From contig NC_057719.1 of assembly GCF_004010195.1 (NCBI RefSeq), forward strand, positions 72,305,961 through 72,369,960: a stretch of 64,000 nt of DNA, in the 5' to 3' direction. The notes under the pieces were generated by a model, which was not told the DNA's origin, made no database searches, and saw only the letters and a list, made by a program, of their open reading frames with translations. This document shows, in pieces, positions 38,900 through 52,444 of the stretch; position 1 is the first letter of the stretch, and every line of letters begins with the position of its first letter. The position numbers and the translations under genes are program-made. The DNA comes from Chiloscyllium plagiosum. Taxonomy: Eukaryota.

Positions 38900-40740
38900 A
38901 GAAAATGGTTTATTAGCCTGTCATATTTGTGCCTGCTTTCCAAATGAGCAAAGCATCTATTCCACTTCACCATTTTTCCCCCATCACTCTGTAATTTCAT
39001 CCTTTTCAAGACATAATTCAATTTCCTTCTGAATGCCTCATTTGGACCCACCTCCACCGCACTCTGAGGCAGATCTTATCCCGCAATGCCTGAAAACGTT
39101 TTTCCATGTGTCTCCATTGTTTCTTTTCCCAATTACCTTACATCAATGCCCTCATGCTCTTGACTCTTGTACCAGTGGGAGGGTTTCCCTATCTACCCCA
39201 TAAAACTCCTCATGATTTTCAACAACCAAACCTCCTTTCAACTTTACCTTCTATAAAGAGAACAGTACTAATTTATATTAATTTGTTTACATTACCTAAG
39301 TTCCTCATCCCTGGAATCATTCTTGTAAATCTCTTCTGCACTCTCACTGATGTCTTCACATGTTGTATAAAGTGTTGTGTCCAGAACTGGATACAGTACT
39401 GTAGCTAAGGCCAAGCCAGTAATTGAAGCAAATTTAACATAAACCCTTTGCTCTTGAATTCCATGTCCTTAATCTTAATGTCCAGTATTCTGTACGATTT
39501 ATTAAACATGCTGTCAATCTGACCTGTCATTTTCACTGATGTATCCACATATGTAAGCATAGAAACATAGATACTAGCAGTGGGAGTAGGCCATTTTTCC
39601 CCTTTGCCATTCAGTATGATCATGGCTGATACTCCATCTTAATGCCTTATTCCCACTTTCTCCACAAATCTATTGATGCCTTTAAATCTAAATGAAATTA
39701 TCTATCTCCTTTAATATTTTCAGTGACTTGGCCTCCATCTTTGGTAGAGAATTATACAGGATCACGACCTTTGAGAGAAGAAATGTTTCCTCCTTTCAGT
39801 CTTAAGTGACCTACGCCATATCATGAGTCTGTGACCTGTACTCCTAGAGTCCGCAGCCAGGGAAAACATCCTCCTTGCATTTAGTCTGTTCATCCCTCCT
39901 CATCCGTCTAAACTCTAGTGAATGCAGGCCCAGTTGAACCAGTCTCTACTGAGAGGACAGTCCTGTCATTCCTAGTATCAGCCTTGTGAGCCTTCACTGC
40001 ACTGCCTCTATGACAAGTATATTCTCTCTTAGGTAGGGAGACCAAAACACTCAGTGTGGTCTCACCAATCCCCTTTTTCACACTACTCCTCCTTTCACTA
40101 TTTATATACCAAAAAATTTAAAATTTTTATCTTTCAAATTCCCTCACAATTTTGCTCCTCCCTATCTCTAATCTCCATCTCTATACTCTCTTAAGATATC
40201 TGTGCAGCTCTAATTTTGGCCATAGGTGCATTTCCAATTTTAATTGCTAAGCTAACACAGAATCACATTTTTTAGTTCCAGCTTGAAAATTAATTTTGAT
40301 TTTAAAATAAAGGTGGGAGCAATCCTTAGTGCTAAGTCTATAAAGCATAAGATACAGGAGCAGAATTAGGCCATTCAGTCCATTAAGTCTGCTCCACCAA
40401 TCAATCATGGCTGATATGTTTCTCAACCCCATTTTCTTGCCTTCTTCCCATAACCTTTCATCTCCTTAATCATCAAACAACTATATACCTCTGCCTTAAA
40501 TGCATGCAATGTTTTGGCCTCCACAGCCTTCTATGGCAATTAATTCCACAAATTCCCCATTCTCTAGCTGAAAATATTCATCCTCATCCCAGTTCTAACA
40601 AGTTGTCCCTTCACCCTGAGGCTGTGCCCTCTCCATATCCTTCTCCATATCCACTCTATCCATGCCTTTTGGTATTCTGTAAGTTTCAATCAGACCCCCT
40701 TCCTAATCCTAAACACCGCAGTACAGGCCCAGAGTCTTCA
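38900..40740 (-). mobile_element. Several older CR1 3'-end fragments
   Basis: Repeated CR1 tail motifs (ggagtaggccatt, gaattaggccattcagtcc) and ccagaactggatacagtac. Confidence 0.7.
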
Positions 40741-40942
40741 ACTGAGAGGATCTATGGGGTCAGTGGGAGCAGGGAAAGCTACTCCTGTAAAGTGATCAGG
40801 TCTACTGGGCCGACTATTACTAAAGCTACCCCCACCTCCCTTCAAGCTGGGAAAGTCATAACCTTGTGTGAAAATGGTGATTTGTAGTAAATTTTTAGGA
40901 TGGACTATAATTTAAACACTAGTGACTAGGAATGGAAAAAAA

Positions 40943-41784
40943 ATCAAATCTTTACTAGTTGAAGGTAGACTGGTTGTATTTCTCAGAAGAAATACTTGAT
41001 AAAGTTTTGGAATTTAACATGGAAAAGCATTTTGGTAAAATAAAGCCCAAACGTATTAAATTGGATGGGTAGAAAGTAGAATTCTATAAATGAATATTCT
41101 CTAAATTTAAAACTCCTATTGAAGACATGAAACTGCATACTGAAAATTGAAGCTGCAGTGACTCCCTACCATTATATTTATATTACTGGCTCTCATTTGT
41201 GCTCCTTCATTACTATTGTTTGATATGGCTTGGTGGTGGAGCTGGAAACCAAGTCCTCTTGAAAAGGAATAAACTAGTTAGAAGTCATAGTTATACAAAT
41301 TTCCTTTAAACTTGCCAAGTTTTCATGGTTTGGCTTACACCTTGCATTGGTGATGATTGTGAATAATTTAAGTTTATCTCAAGATCAAACACCATTAAAG
41401 ATGTTGTGCAAATCCTATTGATGCCATCTCTGGAAAATGTTTCCAAGCAGTGATTCTGGCTTTTTAGTTTATTGCACACACTGAACTAAACTCACACATT
41501 ACATAAATCCAGTGAATGGACGAGTCCATTAATAGATTGGAAAGAACATAAATAATTTACATCTAGTACCTTCTGAGCAAGATTGGGATTCATGAAAGGC
41601 AGATAGGAGCAGATCCATGATTTGATAGTTTGGACACAATGGATCAGCAGATACAATTTTGAATAGTCATCTGTATCAGATAGTTTGAAGGAAACAAAAT
41701 AAAACATCAAATCTTTACTAGTTGAAGGTAGACTGGTTGTATTTCTCAGAAGAAATACTTGATAAAGTTTTGGAATTTAACATG
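40943..41784 (+). repeat. Exact 79-bp direct repeat (40943-41021 and 41706-41784)
   Basis: The sequence atcaaatctttactagttgaagg...ggaatttaacatg occurs identically twice. Confidence 0.93.
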
Positions 41785-42287
41785 ATATTCAGAATGAGGA
41801 AACATAGAAAAGAGTCTTTGCTATTACACTGAGCATGGTCTCTTGCAGAAAGTGTAATTGGTGGTTATTTGACCACTTATACATGCTGCACATAAAATTA
41901 GAATAAATTGCTGTAGTCCTTCATAATATGATTAAGTGGATTTAAGAACTCTGGTTGTTGAACAAATGTTTTCGTTTGAAGCTAAAATTCATTTGGCAGG
42001 AAATGTGGAAAAGCAAACTTCATGCTTCACTTTGACATGAAATTGCATTGATCAAGATAGAAAGTGATTTTAGCAGTGACTACTGTAGGAGGGCTCAGAT
42101 ATTTACTGAATTACTCAAAAAATAGACTCATACAAGTTCAATTAAAAGCACCTGTTTCAGCAAATAATGTAACTTCCCTTTTAACTTCTCACATTTTAAG
42201 TACAGACATGGTCTCACTATACTCAATGTACATCCTCTCCTGCCAGAGCTACTTAGTCTGCAAAAAAGCTATCATTAAATTACCACC

Positions 42288-42400
42288 CTTCCTGATGAAA
42301 CGCCTATGCCCGAAACATTGACTCTCCTGCTGCCTGACCTACTGTGCTTTTCCAATGCCACACTTTTCGACTCTAATCTCCAGCATCTACAATCCTTACT
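42288..42400 (+). mobile_element. Degenerate family A Penelope fragment
   Basis: cctgatgaaacgcctatgcccgaaacattga followed by the family A tail. Confidence 0.7.
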
Positions 42401-42544
42401 TTCTCATTACCAATGTTAGTATAGAATTAAAGAGGCATTCTGATATTATTGCAATTTTCTGCATATCTCCTCATGATAAAGGGAATATAAGGGAATCCAC
42501 ATCAGTAATGCATATACCAGTTTTTTTAATGCATAAACTTACTG

Positions 42545-43700
42545 CCAGGGAACTATAGACCAGTGAGCCTGACCTCGGTGGTGGACAAGTTGTTGGAGGG
42601 AATCCTGAGGGACAGGATGTAAATGTATTTGGAATGGCAAGGACTGATTAGGGATAGTCAACATGGCTTTGTGTGTGGGAAATCATATCTCACAAATTTG
42701 ATTGAGTTTTTTGAGGAAGTAACAAAGAGGGTTGATGAGGGCAGAGCAGTAGATGTGATCTATATGAACTTCAGTAAGGCGTTCGACAAGGTTCCCCATG
42801 GGAGACTGATTAGCAAGGTTAGATCTCATGGAATACAGGGAGAACTAGCCATTTGGATACAGAACTGGCTCAAAGGTAGAAGACAGAGGGTGGTGGNNNN
42901 NNNNNNNNNNNNNNNNNNNNNNNNNNNNNNNNNNNNNNNNNNNNNNNNNNNNNNNNNNNNNNNNNNNNNNNNNNNNNNNNNNNNNNNNNNNNNNNNNNNN
43001 NNNNNNNNNNNNNNNNNNNNNNNNNNNNNNNNNNNNNNNNNNNNNNNNNNNNNNNNNNNNNNNNNNNNNNNNNNNNNNNNNNNNNNNNNNNNNNNNNNNN
43101 NNNNNNNNNNNNNNNNNNNNNNNNNNNNNNNNNNNNNNNNNNNNNNNNNNNNNNNNNNNNNNNNNNNNNNNNNNNNNNNNNNNNNNNNNNNNNNNNNNNN
43201 NNNNNNNNNNNNNNNNNNNNNNNNNNNNNNNNNNNNNNNNNNNNNNNNNNNNNNNNNNNNNNNNNNNNNNNNNNNNNNNNNNNNNNNNNNNNNNNNNNNN
43301 NNNNNNNNNNNNNNNNNNNNNNNNNNNNNNNNNNNNNNNNNNNNNNNNNNNNNNNNNNNNNNNNNNNNNNNNNNNCAAAGTCTTTTCCCTGGGGTCGAGG
43401 AGTCCTGAACTAGAGGGCATAGGTTTAGGGCGAGAGGGGAAAGATATAAAAGAGATCTAAGGGGCAACTTTTTCATGCAGAGGGTGGTATGTGTATGGAA
43501 TGAGCTGCCAGAGGAAGTGGTGGAGGCTGGTACAATTGCAACATTTAAAAAGCATTTGGATGGATATATGAATAGGAAGGGTTTGGAGGGATATGGGCCA
43601 GGTGCTGGCAGTTGGGACTAGATTGGGTTGGAATATCTGGTCGGCATGGATGGTTTGGACCGCAAGGTCTGTTTCCATGCTGTACATCTCTATGACTCTA
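42545..43700 (+). mobile_element. Young CR1 LINE (HER1-like) spanning the assembly gap
   Basis: ORF SQHGFVCGKSYLTNLIEFFEEV...VDVIYMNFSKAFDKVPH; the 3' end is nearly identical to the 28793 copy. Confidence 0.95.
42897..43375. other. Assembly gap (479 N)
   Basis: Run of n characters inside a CR1 copy. Confidence 1.
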
Positions 43701-44777
43701 TTTAAAATCAAGTAGGCTGCTTTGTGCAGGAATGTGCAGAGTTTCTTGAGTGTTGCTGGAACAGTACTCCTCCAGGCAAGTGAAGAGTATCCCACTCATG
43801 GCTTGTGCCTTGTAGAGTATGGACAAACTTTGGGAAGTGAGGTGGTCAGCTATATACCTCAGCATTCTTAGTTAGTGACCTGCTCTTGTAACCATTATCT
43901 GTGCGGGTTGGTCCAGACCAGTTTCTGGTCAGTGGTTGGCCCAGGATGTTCATAGTGGAGTATTCAGCAATGTTGAATATCAAGAGAAAATGGTCCTGGC
44001 TGATCTCAACATTTTGTCCTCCTAAAACTTAAGGTCATCCAGTACTCTGCTACATGCTAATTTCCATTAAATGCTGTTCAACCTTTAACTCCATCTTTAT
44101 TGATGTCTGTTGGCTCATGGTCAAGTAATGCTCAATTTTAAACTTTTTATCTCGTTTTCAAGTTCTTTCATGGATTTAGTCTTCCTTACCTTTGTAATCT
44201 CAACTAAAGCTATAAATCTCAGAACTACCTTGCACCTCAGTTTTAGCTTCTTCACATCAGCTGCCAATGCCCTAAGCTGTGGAATTGCCTCTTCACCCCA
44301 TTACGTCTCTTTCTGTCTTTTAGGTGTTCCTTAATGATCTAGCTGAATACGTGATCAGTGCCTTATTTTATTTACTTTTATGAATTCCCTTGCAATATTT
44401 TGCAACATTAATGGTGGTGAATAGCTACAAGTCATTGCTGTGCATGTCCTGTAGTTAAATTGAGGATAAACAGTTTTTATTTTGCTTTATTTTGATTTTC
44501 CTGGGAGAGACGTTGGCTGTGGGACTTGTACATGACAGCAAGGCACCCTATTCACTTTGTACCATTGATGTGGGGATGACCGTTACATTAAACAAATAGT
44601 ATAATGTGATCCTTGTTACTTAACCTTTTTCATATAAAATGGGTTATACAATATACAGTCTAGTGTTAATAGATACCTGTAATCAAAGTTTAGTCAAGCT
44701 ACTAGAACCTTGAAGGATAGTAATGAAATATTCATAATTGCTAATAGCTGATCAATTTCTGATTATTTCCTTTACAG

Positions 44778-44831
44778 AATCTACCAGTGACTCGGATTTT
44801 GGACAACCTCATAGAGATGAAATCACATCCT
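44778..44831 (+). CDS. SCFD1: SCFD1 exon (54 nt): NLPVTRILDNLIEMKSHP
   Basis: Acceptor tttacag| and donor |gtgagt. Confidence 0.95.
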
Positions 44832-47800
44832 GTGAGTAAACTTCCTAGCGTTTAACTTGTAAGATAAGAAAGGCATGTTGAAAATTTAAGTTACCCCAAC
44901 ATTCAAGAATTTAGACACCCAGGAACAGGTGTAGGCCATTTATCTGCTCAGGCCTGTTTCTCAATTCCACTAGAAGCACTTGTAATTTATACTTCAGTTT
45001 CATTCACTAACCTGTGCTCCATATCCTTGATATCCTCAATGAAACAAAAATGCTTCTTGATCTTAGTTTTGGGAAGTTTGATTAACCCAGCATTTCTGTT
45101 GTTTGTGGCCAGAGTTTGCAAATTTTCACTACCCTTTTTTTGTGAAAGACCATTGTGTTACATTGAAGTGTGGGCATACAGATAGAATTGGTAATGGCTA
45201 ATTGTGCAAATGTTCCTTGTGTTGAGACATTCCAGCAAGAAGCAATGTCTGCCATTTACATAAGGTTCAACCTGACAAAGTGGCTGAAGTATGAAGTCAG
45301 TGCCATAGGAACAGATCTGTGAAAAGAAACCAGAACAATAGCTTAATCTTTTGCAGCGTTCATTTCAAAGAAGTTGTATTTCATCCAGGATTTTATGTGA
45401 GGCAGATAGACTGACAGCACAGAGGTAACTGTAAAATTGAGAAAAATAATGAAGTGGCATTAAATGCCATTGGTATGGGACCTGATCTGGTATCTGTAGA
45501 TAAATGTATTGAGGGTAGCACTTGGATGTAAAAGATAGGAGAAAGGAAACCAAGGACAGTTCTGTAGGTGGTGATGCATATCTTTTTTATTGTGTAAAGA
45601 AGAGTAATCAGTGGCAAATCACACTAAGGCATAATGCTTATCAGAAAGCTGGTGCTGACATGTTGGGCCATCGATCAGAAAAATAGGAGTGGAACTGCAA
45701 AGGGAAATCCCATGAAGTTGTACAGTAGTAGAAAGGTGAGAAAACAGAATACTATATACAACCATGTCAAATATTATGGAACGGCATAGGAGGATTGCAT
45801 GACCCTGTTCTACATGTACATTTTCATTTTAATGCATGTTCATGAAGATTGAAAAGGAAATAGGTGAAAAATAATCAGGTTAATTCTAACACAAATGTGC
45901 AGAATGCATACCTAGAAATGTAGGATAGTAGAATATAGAATCTTTAATCGAAAAGTGTCAATGTATCGTTACTTCCAAATAAACAGCTGTTTGCAATAAG
46001 ACATTGTTTTCTACTGAGAAAGAATGAAAAGGTGTTTATGATTTGTAAAATTTAGTTTTTACTATGAAGTACTGTCCAGTCTTTATAAACTGTCCATACA
46101 TGTGTGTTTTTATGGATTAAAGAGAGTTAGTTCATGGACAGCAGCCAGTTCTGCAACACAGAACAATGGTTCTCTTTGTTTCTGTTAGCGGAGGAGAAAA
46201 TTTAATTCCAAAATCATTAATGACTTGGTGCCAAAGTGTTTAAAGAAGTCTGAAGAGCATTAGATGAAACTATTTAGACTTTAGCAACAACAGGTCCACA
46301 TCAGTAGATCATAAGATATAGGAACAGAATTGGACTGTTCACATCATTGAGTCTGCTACACCATTTGATCATGGCTCATATGTTTCTCCACCTCGATCTC
46401 CTGCTTTCTCCCTGTAACCTTTGACCTCTGTAGTAGTCAAGAATCTACCTATCTCTTCTTAGCTTCCCTCTTACCTCCAGCATAAACGCTTTCTATTTTC
46501 TTTCATCCATCACTCCAGTTAGCCACCAACTCTTATCATGATTGTCCTGAATACTGCATTCCATTTCAGCATCAAATCAGAGGTAGAGTGGAACCAATGA
46601 GCCAAGCCTGACACCATTATATCAATAACACCATTTTGTCCAATTTATGTTTTAACTTGTACAGAAATGTATGCCAAGAAAAAGGCGAATACCAGCTGTC
46701 ATAAAAAGCCAAACAAAATAATTGATATAAATGCAAGATGGAAGCTTGTGATCAGTAGGGTGGAATCATGTGTCCAGTTAGTTGCATTCATTTATTGAGT
46801 AATGGCAGGGCGATGGTGATAATCAATTTGGTCAGTTGGCTAGATAGTGTGTATCGCCAGCAGTATGGGTTCAATTCCCATTCTACCTAGGGTAAAGTTG
46901 GAACCTGGCTTCTCCCACCACCTCTGAGATCCAAAGATAATACAGATAATCAGTGACAAAAATGACCAAGGAAGAGGCTTAGGATGACTCATCAGAAAAC
47001 ATTGAACCAAAAACTTATCTTTGGGTTGGCCATTTATTAATATGTGTTATGATCTCCATAGAGACTAAGAAATTTTTTAAAAATTCAAAATTTCAGTTAA
47101 TAGATAAAAGGATGTTATGACAAGGTTTCATGTTTTAAAATCTTTTTCTGTATTCAATGAATAAAACAGCTATTGACTTAACATTATTTTTTGTAGGTTG
47201 CTTCTACTTAAAACTACAAAGAGGAACCTTTCCATTGTTATACTTAACTCTCCTCACACTTAACAGAATTATGGCCTTCCAGCAAAGTCTACAGTTACTC
47301 CCAGCTTCCTAGTTCTGTTAGCAATTATTTTGACTGTCTCCAGGTGCTTTCTTCAGTTTTAGGAGAGATTTTTAAATCTATTATCAATTCCAATGATTCC
47401 TGTCCCTGGTTACACAAGTAGAATATCCAGCAGTTGATGCCTGCAGGTTGCATCTCTCTGACTGGAGGTTATTTCTCATATCTCTGGCTCTGATAGTAAA
47501 CAAAACCGACTCTTCAGCCCTGCCCAGATAGAACTACTGTCTGTCTGTGATATTCATTTGTCGTGACTTCTGTAACTAGATGTCAAAATGGCTTTGTTTA
47601 CCCTTTTCCCTATGGCAGCATTAAACTCATTAACGTTATATGCAGGTAGCAATGGTACTCAATGTTTTGACTCCAATTCTCTTTCATGTTAGAATTAAGT
47701 GGACAGCCTACAGTACAACGGTTTACAACGAGATTCCTGAAACTCCTTTTTGGGACTTTCATAAACTTGAAGCCTACCCATTGTGAACTCAGACCATGCT

Positions 47801-48676
47801 GCCATTGTCTCCAAGTATAAATAGCTTGTAACTTCTTCCTGGCAAAACATTCAAAGTCTTCCTTTGATTCCTAACAATCAATCCCATCAAGTTTACTGTC
47901 AGGGAAACTTCACGACAGATCACATCACCCTTTTCATTTATCCTAAATTTAAAGATGCTGTTCCAGACCACCCCCACTCATTTAACCTTTCAACAACAGA
48001 AATTTCCCCTTCACAGTTATACTTTCTCAGTGTTTTAAGTAAACGCTTCATTCTCTATAACACATCCAAAGCTATTCTCCACTGCCAATGACTTGCATTC
48101 TTTTCCTGTTTACAGTTAGTTAACTGTTAATTCTCCAATCTAACTCATTTAGTGAGTGTTACCCTGGAGATTCTGTTCTCTTACTAAAGCTAGGCAAATC
48201 TTCCAGCCTTTTTTAAATGCTCAAAAACTTAGACTTCTTAATCCAAGCACAAATTCTCACCCACATTCTAGATTCTGAACATTAAAGGTTGGTGATCTCT
48301 ATTTCTCTATTCTGTCTCTCAGATCTATATAGATCAGATCGCCAGAGCGTTGCCTTTATGTTTGAAATGAAAATTAGCTGTCCTCTGTACCCTCAATTTG
48401 ATTTTATCTTGCAATTAAAAGACCAGTCTAAGTATGATCGTTCATAAAACCCAACATGCATTACACTTTCCTGTGAAGTTCAAGGGGATCTTAAAAGCAA
48501 CTTGTCACCCAACACTTCAGCGGCTTGCTTCTCTCCTGTCAAAGCCTTTCTCCATGCCAATGTGATTTGCCTGGGCATTGCATTCCTGTTTGAAATGAAA
48601 ATGAGTTATCCTCTGTACCTATCATTCGATTTATCTTGCAACTAAATGACAGTTCTAAGGATAACTGTTCATAAAA

Positions 48677-48909
48677 TCTGGATTAGTGGTGCTGGAAGAG
48701 CACAGCAATTCAGGCAGCATCCGAGGACAGGCAAAATCGACGTTTCGGGCAAAAGCCCTTCATCAGGAATAAAGCTTTATTCCTGATGAAGGGCTTTTGC
48801 CCGAAACGTCGATTTTGCCTGTCCTCGGATGCTGCCTGAATTGCTGTGCTCTTCCAGCACCACTAATCCAGAATCTGGTTTCCAGCATCTGCAGTCATTG
48901 TTTTTACCT
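48677..48909. mobile_element. Family A Penelope-like foldback insertion with a perfect 196-bp palindrome
   Basis: 48677-48872 is a perfect palindrome centred on aaag|cttt; TSD tgttcataaaatctg at 48666-48680 and 48910-48924. Confidence 0.93.
48779..48814 (+). ncRNA. Minimal hammerhead motif (family A); mirror copy on the - strand at 48735-48770
   Basis: AUUC-CUGAUGA-A-GGGC(UUUU)GCCC-GAAA-C-GUC-GAUU. Confidence 0.78.
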
Positions 48910-49246
48910 TGTTCATAAAATCTGACATGCCTTACACCTCCTTGTGACTTAAACATAGCTATCCTGGTCACTGTTTGCAGGTGTGAAATCTTGCGTCACC
49001 TTTGTAGTAAGACAAGTTGGATTCCCACTTTCGCAAGCAAACCACCCAATCTTGTTCTTGGGTAACATTCAGAAGTAGTTACATAAGTTCGATTCGCCCC
49101 TGTATTTTATCGTAACTTAAAGAAACAATCTTTAAATATAATCTTACAATCTTCATAGTTGCAATAATGATTTTTACTTCTTCACTACTGATGTTGAAAA
49201 TAGTATGAATTAGACATGAATAAAAAGAATTGCTAATAAATAACAG

Positions 49247-49960
49247 CATAGAGTCATAGAGATGTACAGCGCGGAAACAGATCCTTCGGTCCAACTAGTG
49301 CAAGCTGACCAGATATCCCAACCCAATCTAGTCCCACCTCCCTTCACCTGCAAACATCTGCCCCCAATCAGCTTTTGAAAGTTCTTGCCTAATACTGCCA
49401 AAATTGGCCTTTCTCTAATTTAGAACTTCAATTTTTAGATCTGGTCTGTCCTTTTCCATCACTATTTTAAAACGAATAGAATTATGGTCGCTGGCCCCAA
49501 AGTGCTCCCCCACTGACACCTCAGTCACCTGCCCTGCCTTATTTCCCAAGAGTAGGTCAAGTTTTGCACCTTCTCTAGTAAGTACATCCATATACTGACT
49601 CAGGAAATTTTTGTGTTCACACTTACCAAATTCCTCTCCATCTAAACCATTAACACCATGGCAGTCCCAGACCATGTTTGAAAAGTTAAAATCCTCTACC
49701 ATAACCACCCTATTATTCTTAGAGATAATGATCTCCTTACGAATTTGTTTCTCAATTTCCCAGTGACTATTAGGGGGTCTATAATACAATCCTAATAGAT
49801 GATAATTTTTTTATTTCTCTGGATGTGTTTGCAGGAATATCCTCACTCAGCACAGCTGTAATACTATCCCTTATCAAAAATGCCCCTCCCCCTCCTCTCT
49901 TGCCTCCCTTTCTATCCTTCCTGTAGCATTTATATCCTGGAACATTAAGCTGCCAGTGCT
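49247..49960 (-). mobile_element. CR1 LINE with the endonuclease region adjoining a 3' tail
   Basis: ORF YYRPPNS...VEDFNF...TREGAKLDLLL...ASDHNSIRF; HER1-like tail at 49247-49340. Confidence 0.9.
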
Positions 49961-50917
49961 ATAGCTTACATAGATTGTTAAACTTATTGCTATGAACAGA
50001 TGCTATCATACTCTAGTCTGTCAATGCAATGTCTGAGAAAGTTTGAATGCATTCTTTCTGGAGTCTGCCACATGTGGAGTTGCAAATCTTGGCTGTACAT
50101 CCCTTACCAGAGGGTGGGAACAATTGGAAAGTCTACTACTTTGCACCTGCAGTAACTGAACTCAAGGCAAACTGTAATCATGCTCTGTCCTGGGAAGTCC
50201 AAATGGGAAGCAAACTTAACTTTTGTTTCAGATAATATCACTGATTATGATGGTCATTTTGTAATTTTCATTTTAATTACTACATCTCTCGCAGTTAGTT
50301 GGGTGAAGAACTTTTAGATTAGCCAACTTTTGCAACAAGCTTTAGATTAATGCTTACATTCTTGGCATCTAATAGAAAGAAAGAAGTTTCTTCTAAGATG
50401 TAATGAATATTTTAGTGATGGTTTGCTAATCCTACCATCTGTGGAATGGATTAAACATCCAAACATCAACACTGCTCAGTATGTGGTTCCACGGCTAGTG
50501 AAATGATCAATCTCTTTTGTCGTGGATGTCATGAATCAATTTATAACTTTAAAAAAAAACCTGCCTGTAAAGATTGTAAAAATTTAAGCTTGTGAAAAGT
50601 TGAAATTGATGCTCAAAAATGTAAATCTGCACAGTTAACTACACCAGCATTTCCGTGACTTCATAACAATACCAATCAAAACATGTCCGCAGTTGCTCAA
50701 CAATTACTCTCTGTTTTTCTGATATCGAAGGGGTGTAATGTCTTGCATGCTTTACTAGTTAGATGAATTTTAATAAAAAGTATTAATTACACTTCCATGT
50801 AATGCAATAACTTTGCAAAGTTTTCTCCTCTGTTCTGCCCCCCGCCCCCCTTCCCAAGCATTACTTTTATTAAGTTGTTTCTAACTCTGAGCTAAAACCC
50901 TCAATTTATTTTCATAG

Positions 50918-50970
50918 GAAACTGATGACTACAGATATTTTGATCCAAAAATGCTTCGTGGCAGTGAGAG
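50918..50970 (+). CDS. SCFD1: SCFD1 exon (53 nt): ETDDYRYFDPKMLRGSE(S)
   Basis: Acceptor ttcatag| and donor |gtaagt; contains the YFDPK motif. Confidence 0.96.
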
Positions 50971-51289
50971 GTAAGTTCATAAAGATCAGCAAATTCATGC
51001 TAGATTTAAACAACATACATTCAGAATTATATACAATGGGTTGGATGTTATAAATCAATGGCATTAGTGCAAAGGAAGATTTCTTTAAACAGTTGTAAAA
51101 CTAATTGTGAAAACATTGTTCTACGCAATTTGCAATAAAATGTGACTTTTCAATGTGCCTTTTCAATGTTTATTTTTCCCACATACCAGAATTTATTTTC
51201 AAAGAACACTTCAGTCATAAGTATTAATTTTAAAATTCTGTTCCAAGAATTTTAAACTTTAATATTGTTTGATATTTTCCTTGGACAGA

Positions 51290-51510
51290 TGTCAGACGTA
51301 GTTTCTTCACTCAGAGAGTAGTAAAGATGTGGAATGCCCTGTCTGCAACAGTAGTGGACTCACCAAGTTTAAGGGCACTTAAATGGCCTTTAGATAAACA
51401 TATGGATGACAATGGAAAGGTGTAGATTAGATGGGCTTCAATTTGGTTTCACAAGTTAGCGCAACATTGAGGGCCGAATGTACTGCGCTGTAATGTTCTG
51501 TGATCTATGT
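51290..51510 (+). mobile_element. CR1 3' end fragment
   Basis: Peptide FFTQRVVKMWNAL and a CR1-type tail. Confidence 0.8.
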
Positions 51511-52444
51511 TTTTCTTAAAGACACTTTTTAAGTAATTGCCTTGATCTAACACTGACATTGACCAGTAAACATTTTAGAATTTTGGTGCCACCCACTGTT
51601 CATTTCATCACTGACAGTGTCACTGAACTAATGAAGCAAATTGTCATGTTTAGTACACTAACAGTGCATGTCAAAATATTGGGAAATTACCTTGTTTCTC
51701 CGAGAACATTAAAACCCCTTCCATAATGGATTTCCCAGTCGATCAGTAGATTAATTCCCATAGGTTGTGCACTCAGCCATACCACTTGAGACACTTCACA
51801 AGCTTACTCTCTGGTCTGGGTGATTTTGGATGGAACAGCAGTGAGGGGAGCTATTGATTATGTCAATGTCTCTTGGATTTGTGACACTTTTTAAAAAACA
51901 AAATCAATTTGTATTGTTCAGTATTATTTAATGTATATGGAAGGTCACAGTTATGATAGCTAGTTACATTATGATCTTGTTAATATGCTGTTTATATGTT
52001 TCTAGAAACATATATTAAAGTGATTGTGCAATTGCTAAACAGCTTCAATTAAAATATTTACCCATCATTTGTAACCTCAGGGCTGGAACAGAATGAAAAC
52101 AATTGTTCAACAGTGTTCACATAAGTGAATTGATTTAGAAAGTGTTGAATTCTACCATCATTTATCAAAATAAACTTAGAAGTACAATGAATGTTAAACT
52201 GAATATTGATGAAAAGGATATATTTTGTCAAAGTCCTTTGTTTTGCATTCACCAGGAGAGTTTGCAAGAATACAAACTCAGAGGAAAACCAACATGTGTA
52301 TTGCTTGCACAGGACATAAAGAGGAAATTTTAGTGTAACAGTATTTCTTTCCTGTAAAATTTATTTGCACTCCCAGCATTCCGTAATGATGAGTTTGTCC
52401 CCTCTGCACCATTCTGGCAATAATTATGTTTGTCTGCTTTGCAG

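Noticed and set aside
42623..43476. Long ORFs of 191-261 aa in the ORF track
   Set aside because: They are artefacts of translating through the N gap inside a CR1 element.
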